DNA of 64,000 nt from Nemertoderma westbladi (Eukaryota > Animalia > Xenacoelomorpha), in assembly GCA_032718475.1 (NCBI GenBank), contig JAUCBJ010005969.1, positions 16,116 to 80,115 on the forward strand, read 5' to 3'. The notes under the pieces were generated by a model. That model did no database searches and was not told where the DNA came from. It worked only from the letters and a program-made list of their open reading frames with translations. Both the position numbers and the translations under genes were made by a program. Positions 28,401-40,400 of this stretch are shown here, one piece after another (within the stretch, counting starts at the first letter, position 1; each line of letters opens with the position of its first letter).

Positions 28401-31400
28401 AAATATTTATCCAAAAAAAGCGGGAAATATAAATTCAACGGAATCAACAATCAAAGTCGAACAATCAAACTATCACACAATTTAGTTAAAATTTTAGTTG
28501 AAATTTCAACTAAATTATATAAAAAACCACACTAACTAATAAATTTTGGTGCACTAGTTAACAATACTCCAACTAACTAAATATGCTCAAATACCAGTTT
28601 AACTATAGTTGAACATCACTGCACAGACTTACAGGTGCAGAAGTGCAATATTCTAAGTTCGTATCTTGATAAACTGCATATAAATGAGTTTTGTTGGTTA
28701 ATAATATATCCAAATGGCATTGTTTTATATTTTAGGGCAACATTTACCATTAAAGATGCGTTTCCTGAGGATAGCGGTCAGTACACCTGTGTTGCTAAGA
28801 ACGTCGCCGGGACTACATCCTGCACATCTGAGTTAATAGTCGAAGAAAAATCATCAACACAAAAGTAAGTAATTTTTCAAAAAATTTTAATTAATTAAAA
28901 ATTTAAGAATTACCGCGTCATTTTATCTACTAACGTTGTAGCGTTAAATCGAGTTTCTGTTTCCAGGACAACGAGTGCAATGCCCAATTATCATAGCAAT
29001 CATTGTCATAATTTTTTGGTCTAATCAATCATAACACAACATGTCTTTCGGGTTGTTGGAGGTGTCAACTCACTGCCAATTTTTATCGTGGTTTTATAAT
29101 TAATTTAATTGGTGTTTGTATATTCTCGTAGAAGCACAAAAGAAGAAGATGGAGGAATTAAACCAACCTTTCAACAGTTCCCTAAACCAATACAAATTAA
29201 GGAAGGGGAGCCTTTACATATAGAAGCTCGTTTATTGGCCAATCCTCGGCCTAGAATTCTCTGGCATAAGGACGGGGGTATGATTGAAGAAGGTGAGTTA
29301 TTCATCCCAGTTAATAGTCAAATAGCTGATAGGTTAGACCATCACACGTTGTCTGCGTTTAAGTAATTGCAAGGCAGCCTTTACTGTTTGTGCTGCAGAA
29401 CTTAAAATCTTTTATAGTCACACGCCTCGGCCCATTATTAACAAACATAACAGAACCGTGATTGGCGCAAGTTTATCGTGCTGCTTCCCAGAGTTTAGTT
29501 ATATCCTCGATCCACCATCGCTTGTTCTTCTCCCTTTGGATCTGTACTATCCTTTCGCTAACATTAGCTTAATGAGAAATCCCTTCTGGTTTAGCGAAAC
29601 CTACTGAAGCTGTTATCTGATTGCATGCAATGTCTGGGACGCAAAATAATTCATTTTCATGTTAAATTTGTTTTACTATTAGTATTAACAGCTTGTCATT
29701 AAATCAAATTTAATTAATTAACTTTCTATAATAGACTAATTTCAACAATCGCCATTTCCAGTAAGTGTAATACCAATACAATCATACTATCATGGGACCC
29801 GAGCGAGAAAGTTTCTGGACTAGGCCTACTGTACTATCTATTTAACTTTATAACTAACTTTTGAAACCCAATTTGTAAATGATTTTTTTTATTTACTTTA
29901 GATGAAAGAATAAAAATTAAACAAGAAAACACCAAAAATGACAACGTGATTACCTTAGATAAAGATAAGACTGTAACTGATGACAGTGGGACTTACAAGA
30001 TTGTAGCACGCAACAAAGAAGGGGAATCCAGTACTACTGTATCAGTTAAAGTTTGTAAGTACCAATCATATTTATTTACTAGGCCTACTCCTACATGGAT
30101 TGCAGATTATATAACTGTATGGCAAAATAAATTATATCATTAAAATATGATTCTTAACACTTACTAACTAAAAGTATCATTCCAACATTATTTGTCAAGT
30201 CTATTCACTTGATGCCTATTTGTTAATTAGTTTTCAAAGCTCTATTGTGACGGGATCTACGGATCCCGGTTTATCCGTTGGGTTTTCTATCCACGCGTCC
30301 CCGCCGTGTGTGAAAGGTAAAAGAGTTCTGATGTTGGGTAATATGTATAAAGGTATAATAGTCTGACAGTTGATATAGTATAGTATGACACAACAGGTAA
30401 TATATAATGGCGGTAGCGGACGGTGACAGAAGTCCCCGTTCCACCCTACTGATCTGACTGAGTAAACTGAATGAATGATTACAGGTTACTGGTTATATTG
30501 CACGGTGGCCTTATTGCTACTCAATCGATGCCTTTCCCCCCTCTGATTGGTTGATACCCCTGTTGGCACCCTTTGGAGTGTTTCCCTTCACTCCCTGTGT
30601 TCTCTCTCGGTTAGGGGTTTGGCCCCTGACCCTTATTGTGTGTGTCTCCTTTGGGGCCTATTGTCCCCGTTTACTGGGCTGACACGAGGTTGATTGGTAA
30701 TCAACCTCGTGCTCCCAATATTGCTTTATGGCTCACTCTATGGGTTTGTGTTAGCGGAATTGGATAAGCTAACACTCCCCCCCATGCTATCTTCCCGGTA
30801 AGAAGATAGCATCCAACTAAAGTGCGCTACAATTCCGCTGGAACTCGATCTATTATCGGGTCTGGGGTGGGGTTATTTTCTTGGAGTCGGCTTTCCAGGC
30901 CGCTCCCTATGGGTATGATGTCACTACCCTCTGGCGTCTCGTGTCGGGCCGATCGTGCGCTTCTCTCACACAATTTTTGTTTCCCCAACACTCTCGCCAC
31001 TCTAACTTCGCTCTCTAACTCAACTCGCTCTCTCCCCACTCTTACACTCTCCCCACACCTGAATCGCACTCTAACTTCTCGCCAACAGCTCTTCTCACTA
31101 TCTCCTCTCTACTCTCTGCCACTCCCTAAGGCCCTAATCTCTAATGCTACCCCTGTGCTATCATACTATCTACCTTATCTAACTTACTAACTCTAACTAT
31201 CTAACTCTACTAACTACTAACTCTACTCTCTGCTAAGTCTACTAACTCTTACCAACTCTTCTACTACGTGGCGCTTAGGGTGCCCACAACCCTCTGCTAC
31301 TACCTCCATCTACGTGGCGCTTGCGGTGCCCACAACCACTCTACTACTAACTCTAACTAAAAACCCTCTAACTTTCTGCTAACTCTATCTACGTGGCGCT

Positions 31401-34400
31401 AACGGTGCCCACAACCACAACCGGTACTACGTACCCTCTTACTAACTCTTTTCTCCATCTACGTGGCGCTAACGGTGCCCACAACCACAACCGGTACTAT
31501 GTACCCTCTTACTAACTCTACCTCCATCTACGTGGCGCTAACGGTGCCCACAACCACAACTGGTACTACGTACCCTCTTACTAACTCTACCTCCATCTAC
31601 ATGGCGCTAACGGTGCCCACAACCACTCTACTATCTACCCTCTACTACTCTACTACCTGGCACCCTATGTGCCCTCTCTACTACTCTACTCTCTGGCACC
31701 CTATGTGCCCTCTCTACTACCTCTAACACTACTACCTGGCACCCTATGTGCCCTCTCTACTACCTCTAACACTCTAACTACATCTCCACCTCAACTAATA
31801 CCTCTATCTACGTGGCGCTTGCGGTGCCCACAACCACTCCCTGCTACTACTTTCTACGTGGCGCTTCCGGTGCCCACAACCACTCTCTCCTACTACTTTC
31901 TACGTGGCGCTTCCGGTGCCCACGACCCCCCTTACTACTCGTGGCATGACAATATGCCAGACTCCCTTACCCCGCCGCCTTCTAACCTACTCTCCTTCTA
32001 CGTGGCGCTTACGGTGCCCACAACCCCACTACTACTACTCGTGGCATGACAATATGCCACACTCCCTTGCCCCGCCGCCTTCTAACTCTACTCTCCTATC
32101 TTCGTACTACCTCTTACTTCTACTAACTATTATTTTTAATTATTTAATTATTTATTATTATTTATTTTATTTTTAATTAAATAATTAATTTCTTGTGGGA
32201 AGGGCGTCTCGCCCTCATTCCCACCCCCCTCAGTCCAAATATTGGACGACTAAACTCTAAGCTGCCCCTCGATCTTCCATCGATTCTTCCATGAGGCACT
32301 GTCCCGCTGTCCCCCTGCGCGTCCTCTTATCTTTCCACCCACTTTCCTCGCCAATTCCAACTCATCTGGAATTGGCTCTCCCCCTTTCACCACCCCAAAA
32401 TCGGGTCTCTCCACCGCCTTCTTAACTATGTCCTCTCTTGGCATCAAAATGCCATCTCTTTCTTTGTTGTCTCCCGCCGGCAGAATGAATAGAAAGTGAA
32501 AGAACAGGCAGAACAGTAGTCCTATTCCTTTCCATCCTGCCTTCCTTCTCGACTTCCCCCTTGTCGGTATGCCTCCAAACCGGACCTGTGTCTCTTCCGG
32601 ACACTCCTCTGGACACTCCCCCGGAGTGTTGTCCTCCGGACACCTCGCCGTCCGCTCCGCTCCATCTCCATACCGATGCTTGCTGGGAAACCTACTCTCC
32701 TCTGCCCACTTTCTTACCGTCACCTCCCTATTTGGCTCTACTATCTCCTGTTTCTCCTCTTCGTCCACTGCGCCTGCGGTGCCTGGCATCATGCACCCAT
32801 GGTAACATGTTGTTACTGATCGACCGCCCTCTCCTGATATCTTCACTGGCACTACCCCGAGTAGTACTTTTCTCTTCTCTTCTGTCGTGCTTGTAGCTGC
32901 TGTATCTCTACACTCTCCGGATCTGTGTCCTTCTACCACACATCGATGACATAGTCCGTTTGCGTCTGTGTAGGCTATACGATCTTGTTTGGGCAACGCT
33001 TGCCAGTGCTTACAACTCCTGGTCTTATGTGTTCCGTCCCGGTGTAATTGACATTCGAATCCTGGGTTATAGCGTTCCCTGTATAGTCCCTCACGTATCG
33101 CGCCTAGGTTTATATGTACCGATTTAGTGTTTTGGTTGTCTGTATTCGGCCTACTGGGTACATTGGGATTATGTTTATTTATGGTGTTATTTTCTTTCTG
33201 TCCCCGCCATGGTGTGGCCCTGCTACCAGCTAACTGTGGACTAGCAGTCCCCTGTGTGGCCGCATGTGGTAGTGATTGTCCTACTCTCGGGAGTGGATCT
33301 GCAGGATCGTGTTCGGGTTTATGGCTTGTCCCCAAACTATCCTCGCTATAGACTGGGTCTGTTATTAATTCGGCTTCATAGTTGAGGAAGCTCGACATTT
33401 CTTCTAGGCCCGGTTCCGCACCTTTCTTCTCACGTGTGGAGAAAGCGATTTTCCTCCACTTCCTTCGTAACCAGACCGGCAGTGCCTGCGCTATCGTGGT
33501 GATGTTGTTAGACGCGTTGAGTTCGTATGGTGCGTCTAGCGTCTTTAACACGATTAACGCCTTCTCGACCTTGTTTGCAAAGGTCCTTATGCTAACGGGA
33601 TTGTCCTGTAGGCCATCCGATGTTATGCCTCTCAGGGTTTGCCGGATGATCTTGGCCGGGTGCCCGTATTCCCTATCTAGCGCCCGCCATGCTGTCGTGA
33701 AGCCGCCCTCGATGCCCTGGTATTGCCTCACGATGTCGTATGCTGGGCCTCCTGTATATACTTGCAGATATTTTAGGCACTCCGCCTGCGTCAAGTTCTT
33801 ACTTAATATTTCGTTACTATACATGCGCCGAAACTGTAGATATTCTTCCGGCCTGCTCCCATCGAATTTAAATGGTTCCACAGGTGGTAACTCGATCCTA
33901 GTTTTTAACGCATCGATCAATGTGGCCATTCCCATCGCTTGCGCTTCTAATGGGTTTGATGGATGTTGTATAGTTTCTCCTGTTGGGTGCGGTCCGTCCG
34001 TCCTATTTGTTGACTTTTGCGTCGGATATATCATTGGGGGTAACGGCCCCCTCCATATTTCCGTGTCGCATGATCTGCTCTCGTCCAAGGGGTTCGATGT
34101 TCTCGCTCCTATTGGGGTATATTGTTGATATTGTGATGGGGGAATGTCACCCTGTCCCCCTCCCACCGGTATGTTTGGTACTGGGGTTGATGTTAATATA
34201 TTGGGGCCCATACATCTATCTGCAATAATTCCCCCCTCCCCTGGATATATGTTATGTCCCTGTGTATTATAGTCATGCTGCTGTACCGATATAGGCCTAC
34301 CTACCTCTCGCCTACCTACCGGTATGTACTCCGCGACTTCCGGGTTTAATCCCGTTGTTCGCGCTACCCTATCGCCTACTCTATCTCTCCCAGCATGGCC

Positions 34401-37400
34401 TATAATAGTATGTGCAGTAAGGCCTACAGTATGTCCTGCAGTCTGCATGTGCCCTTCCGAACCGAAGTTTATTCTTCGCGAATCGCGAATCTCCCCGCGA
34501 CTACCGTACTCTCGATCGGCAGCTATATCACGTCGGGAAGTTTCCCTTCGATCCCCTATCCTGCTCTCGTCTTCGTATCGGTACGTCCTGTACCCCTCTC
34601 CTGGTGTGCGGTGCGTTTCTCCGGGGCGACGGCAATCTCCCGAAGTTCGACCCCACTGACTCCCTAACTCCATCTCTACTAGCGACGGCTCGCTATCCGT
34701 CCTCGCTCTCCGGTTGCTCCTAGCAACGACTCTTCTATTATCTTCCTTTCTTCTCTCTTCGACCTCTCGGTTAAACTCTGCTAATCTTCTTCTATCTTCG
34801 ACCTCTCTATTATACTCTACTAATCTTCACCTATCTTCGACCTCTCTATTAAACTCTACTAATCTTCTCTCTTCTAACTGGGCTCGACGTTCCGTCGCCC
34901 GCCCTCTCGCGACGTCAACCTGTCTCTCTCTGCTCGATCGCACGCCGCTGGGGATACTCGCAATCCCCCTATTACTCTCCGTCGCCGGGTGTTGCGGTTT
35001 ACCTAATTCGGCCCGCGCATTATCCGCTGACGCCTGTGGGACACTCCCTGCCCCCCCTCTGTCGCTACTAATCCCTCGCGGTGGGGTGCCCGTAGCCCCC
35101 CCCCCACCCGCCACTTCTAACTTCGCTATCTCTTACTACACTTCTGCGTCCCTCTTGTCGGACACTCTCTACCCCCTTTCTCTCGCCACTAATCTTCTGT
35201 GGTGGGGCGCCCGTAGCCCCCCCCCCCACCCGCCACTTCTAACTTCAATATCTCTTACTTCGTCTCTACACCCCTCTCTAGTCGACACACTGTCTCTACT
35301 GCGGCCGGGTCTATTCACCCCCGCCTCTCTCTCTACTACTGCGTGACCTACCAGGCCCACCTCGGGTTGGCTCAACCGCGCCACTTCCTGCCTACTAACT
35401 ACGTGGCCTACCAGGCCGCCGTCGGGTTGGCGCAACCCTGCCACTTCCTGCCTACTAACTACGTGGCCTACCAGGCCGCCGTCGGGTTGGCGCAACCCTG
35501 CCACTTCCTGCCTACTAACTACGTGGCCTACCAGGCCGCCGTCGGGTTGGCGCAACCCCGCCACTTCCTGCCTACTAACTACTACGTGGCCTACCAGGCC
35601 GCCGTCTGCCGGGCTATACACGTCTGACGCGTTCATATTAATAGCACCATTCCCAATATTATTTGTTAAATCAATTAAATTATTAGAATTTGAAACGGGA
35701 TTATTATTTAAATTATTTAAGTTAGAATTATTATTATTTTCAAAATTTAAATTGCTATTCGAATTATTTGAATTATTTTGATTATTCTGAATATTTGAAT
35801 TAATATTATTATTTGAATTTAAACTTAAATTACTACTACCGGGTAAAATATTTCCTGTAATAAAGGGATTAGGGTTATTTACTACGGTACTATTAATACA
35901 AACATTTCCTAACGTACTACTACTACCCCCCTCGCCCGTACGGTTGCTGTACGTACTGTAAGTGTACCGCACGCTCTGTTCTCTTGCCTCACGCTCTTCG
36001 CGTTCACTCTCTTGCTCCTTCCCTCTCCCCATTATCCGGTCTAATTCTTTCACCCTTAATTTATATGCCAGGCGTTCACTCTCTCGCACCCGTCTTTCTT
36101 TTGCGGAGGATGTAGCAGACTTATCGGTTGCGACGGACTTCCGCCGCCCCTCCGTCCTACTAACTTTCCCCCGTTTTCCGGGGTCCTCGCTGACCGACGA
36201 GACCGAATCCTCGGAGCTAACCTCGGATTCGCCCTCGTGCGGTCCCGCCCAACCCACTAACTTAACTTCCCTGGCATCGACTAAGTATGGCCCTATGTAC
36301 ACTACACCAGGCCCCATACCCCTACGTTCCCATAGCCCAAACAGTTCGAAGGCAACCCCTCTCGCTCTCTCCTCGGCCAGTTCTCCCTGCCCAGAACGCA
36401 CTAGGTAATCAAAGTATCTGTTCGACTCACCTAGTCGTCTCCTCAACTTCACCTGGTCTATCTCAGCCCCTCCTCTAGCTTCCTTCAGTTGTTCCCGGGT
36501 CGCGGCGTAGGCTCGTCGAAGTCGATCAGAAACCCCGACATCCTCGTCGCCGACCTCTCCTCTCTCCCTCCGGGTTCGGCGTCGTACCGTCGGCTCCACC
36601 GTTGCCGTTCCGGTGGGCCGTTCGTCGCCCTCGGTCTGTGGCTGACCGGCGACATCGGCATATCGACCGCCGCCCTGTGTCGACTCGTCTCTCTCCTCCC
36701 CCGTCTCGCTCTCTCCTCTACTCGACTCGCTCTCTCGCTGTAGACGACCCCCCACATCTTGGTTCGCCAGGTTGCTCGTTATCGACGTGGCGTCAACCGG
36801 CGTCGACGTGGTCGGCGTAGCATCGACTGGCGTCGTGGGTTCGTATCGTCTCGCCGTGGCCTCGCGGATCGTTAGATCGTCGTCCGGGGTCCGCGGCGGT
36901 GTCGTTCCTTTCTCTCGACTCATCTCGCCTTTGGTAGCTGGCAGCCACAGTCTGTCAGTTGGTTAGATCTAGTTCTATCACTGTCAGACTGTTAGGGCAG
37001 CTGCTAGGATTCTATCTCTGTCAGGGCAGCTGGGCGGATCTAGTTCTGTCACTGTGACGGGATCTACGGATCCCGGTTTATCCGTTGGGTTTTCTATCCA
37101 CGCGTCCCCGCCGTGTGTGAAAGGTAAAAGAGTTCTGATGTTGGGTAATATGTATAAAGGTATAATAGTCTGACAGTTGATATAGTATAGTATGACACAA
37201 CAGGTAATATATAATGGCGGTAGCGGACGGTGACAGAAGTCCCCGTTCCACCCTACTGATCTGACTGAGTAAACTGAATGAATGATTACAGGTTACTGGT
37301 TATATTGCACGGTGGCCTTATTGCTACTCAATCGATGCCTTTCCCCCCTCTGATTGGTTGATACCCCTGTTGGCACCCTTTGGAGTGTTTCCCTTCACTC

Positions 37401-40400
37401 CCTGTGTTCTCTCTCGGTTAGGGGTTTGGCCCCTGACCCTTATTGTGTGTGTCTCCTTTGGGGCCTATTGTCCCCGTTTACTGGGCTGACACGAGGTTGA
37501 TTGGTAATCAACCTCGTGCTCCCAATATTGCTTTATGGCTCACTCTATGGGTTTGTGTTAGCGGGATTGGATAAGCTAACATCTATCTCCAAGTGAATGT
37601 TATAATTATAATATAATTTATTGAAATAAAAATCAATCCTAAAAATGTATATATATTTGCGACGATACACAAGTCACATTGTCACAGCAAAGAACGTATT
37701 ATGCCTTAGGCGCGTTCACACTACCGAGTCAAAGTCAAAGTCAAAATAAAATAAATATAGCTAGCTAGCAATAATAAATAATAATACATTATATAGGCCT
37801 AATATAATACATAATGGCGTTCTAGAAAAAAATTAATTTCTTGTTATTTTTTTTACTAATTTTTTTGACTTTGACTCGGTAGTGTGAACGCGACTTTACA
37901 GTGATACACTTCAGTCATCAAAATTGATAACGGGAAGTTAGGAGGCGTTCATGATATAATGTTTATCATGTCAATTTTCCGAGTTTTCAATTCACGAGTT
38001 TCTGTTCACAAACTGTCGTAGTTTATTGTCGTACTCTTGTCTGTTTTTCTTTATTGTCGCAAAATGTTCAACAATTACTGTCATTTTCAATTGCAGTACC
38101 TATGGAAACTAAAGAGTCTCCCGTTGATGCACCTACAGAATCAACTCCAGTCAAGGAAATGGTAAGTTTTCCGCATAATATATTACATAGTTTTTAACGA
38201 CGGCAACTTTAAACGAACATTGTGAGTTTATCAATAGGCTGATACATATTTAGCTTACATGTGTACATATTATGTGGCCGTTGCGTTAGAAGAGGGCGAA
38301 TTCAGCGAGGCTCGTGAGGATCTCGCTGCTCTGGAGAAGGATTACGAGGAGGTTGGGGTTGATAGTGGTGGAGCCGAAGATGAGGAGGGAGATGAGGAAT
38401 ATTAGATGTCACTTTACAAACTCTATTCATTCAGCCGTCACTACTAGAAATATGCAACTCTTGGGTGTTTATATTAATTTTAATTCCTTTTATAATAATT
38501 TAATAGAATAAATGGTTATTTATTTTATAAGTTGGTTGGCAACAAAAAAAAAAAAATTTAACTTCCATATTCCGTTCAACATTTCTCTAATGTAAGTTAT
38601 TTCTAAATTCTGGTTCCTTTTTGGTAATAATATATAGCATTCTTATAACTTTGTCTTACAGGAACCCGGGCCGCCAAAGTTTATAAAGAAACTCAAAGAT
38701 ATGGAGACCTGGAGAGACCAGACCGTAAAATTAGAGGCCGTTGTTACTGGAGGTCCTAAACCTGACTTCAATTGGTTTAAAGACGGCAGAAAAATATATC
38801 CAGGTACTCTACAGCGTTTTAACATCGGTGATCACCATTTTTTGGAAGTCGTATTAGAAAATTTAATATAGTAGACACACTAAAGATATCATTACATAAT
38901 ATGACAAAGTTCACAACCTCTTGTTAAGCACTTGAGATATAGCCTATCACACGTCGTGAAATAATATTTCATTTGAGGTCTTATCAAACATCAAATAGGA
39001 CATTCAAATATTAAAGCTGGCATATTTTTACTCGTGCTGCAATCATGTAAAGTGCAACTTTACACGCCATAATAATCAATCAGTGATTGAAAACCCTGAT
39101 GTTACTTTAATGCTATATGAGACATGAGTTGTTTATTATGTTTTTAGGAAGAAATGCAGAAACTGGTAGTGACGACCAGGGCAACGTTTGGTTAATTCTC
39201 CCATCTGTTAGTAAGAGGGAAGCTGGCAAATATATGTTGAAAGCAAAAAATAGACACGGTGAAGCTGAAAGCGAATGCGAAATATCTCTTAATGAATGTA
39301 AGTAGAACCAAAATATTTATAACCAAATAGAATAAGGGTATTTTTGTTGCTGATAGGCCTATTTATATAGGAATCAATCACCTAAACCCGTGGTCCATGC
39401 AATTTCAGGCCATTTTTTTCAGAAATTCAGTAAAAAATTAGACCCTAAAGACTTAGGGTTGTGTTAGGGTCAACAACCTGCTAGTCACTGACTCATGTAC
39501 CGGTAGGTGTGCAGCCTGTGGTACTGTATTTATTACAGAATATTGGTGCCATACAAATTTTTTTTAATTACGATTCAGTAGACCTTCTCCTTCCGTTTAA
39601 AGGAATTATTTGCAAACTTTATCTTTTACGATTTTAGCGCCGGCGAAGATCGTTGAGAAACCGGACGCGGTGGCAATCAAGAAGGGAGAAACGGCAACGA
39701 TACGACTAATTATTAGCGGCCTACCGACGCCAACCGCCGAGTGGCAAAAGGACGGCAAAAAACTATCTGACATGCCGGATAAGTTAGTTTATTGCCTTTA
39801 TTGACTTTTTAATATAGAAGATAAGAGTTAAAACTAGTTCTGATATGCTTCAACATTTTATTTATTTTATATTATATTAATATTACTGTATAACACGTGT
39901 TAAAAACAATTACCATCACATTAAACTCAAATTCATAGTAAAATATAACAAAAGCACGTGGAGGGAACCACCCAGACAGTAGAGCACTTACGGGGGCTAC
40001 AATTATTGTGTCAAATAAATATATTATCGAAACAAATTATTATATTTTCATATTATTACCAAAACCCAGCACTACCCTGCAGGCACTAGAGTTTAACAGG
40101 AACTGCCATCCTTCTGCACCTTCTTGTTCTATGGCAGCTCACGGGCGAGCAGTAACGTGGTTGTCAGGCATTGCCATTCATGAAACGTTTGCTAAAAGGA
40201 CACTGAAGTCATTGATAACTTAGATAAATAGGGAATTTACCATGGCTGACGCGAACTTGGAGGTGTTATGTTGCGGTGCCTGGCCGATGTATGTATGTAT
40301 GTGTGTACGTATGTAGTAACACTGTAACATTAATATTTACAAAAAAGTGTTGGTATGCTAATAATTATTGTGAAGGTGGAAGCACACTTTACATAGCAAC

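Larger units (their letters stand above)
30246..37581 (-). mobile_element. Non-autonomous Gag-only BEL/Pao LTR retrotransposon (element 2)
   Basis: 529-bp TG...CA LTRs at 30246-30774 and 37053-37581 (one mismatch seen). TSD TCTAT (30241-30245 / 37582-37586). G-tract PPT at 30775-30783. DUF1759-like Gag. Confidence 0.95.

Noticed and set aside
32561-36966. Numerous + strand ORFs over the LTR elements, RTE and helicase
   Set aside because: Antisense shadows of the real - strand coding frames.
38314-38511. 65-aa ORF
   Set aside because: Wrong frame of the alpha-tubulin retrocopy.
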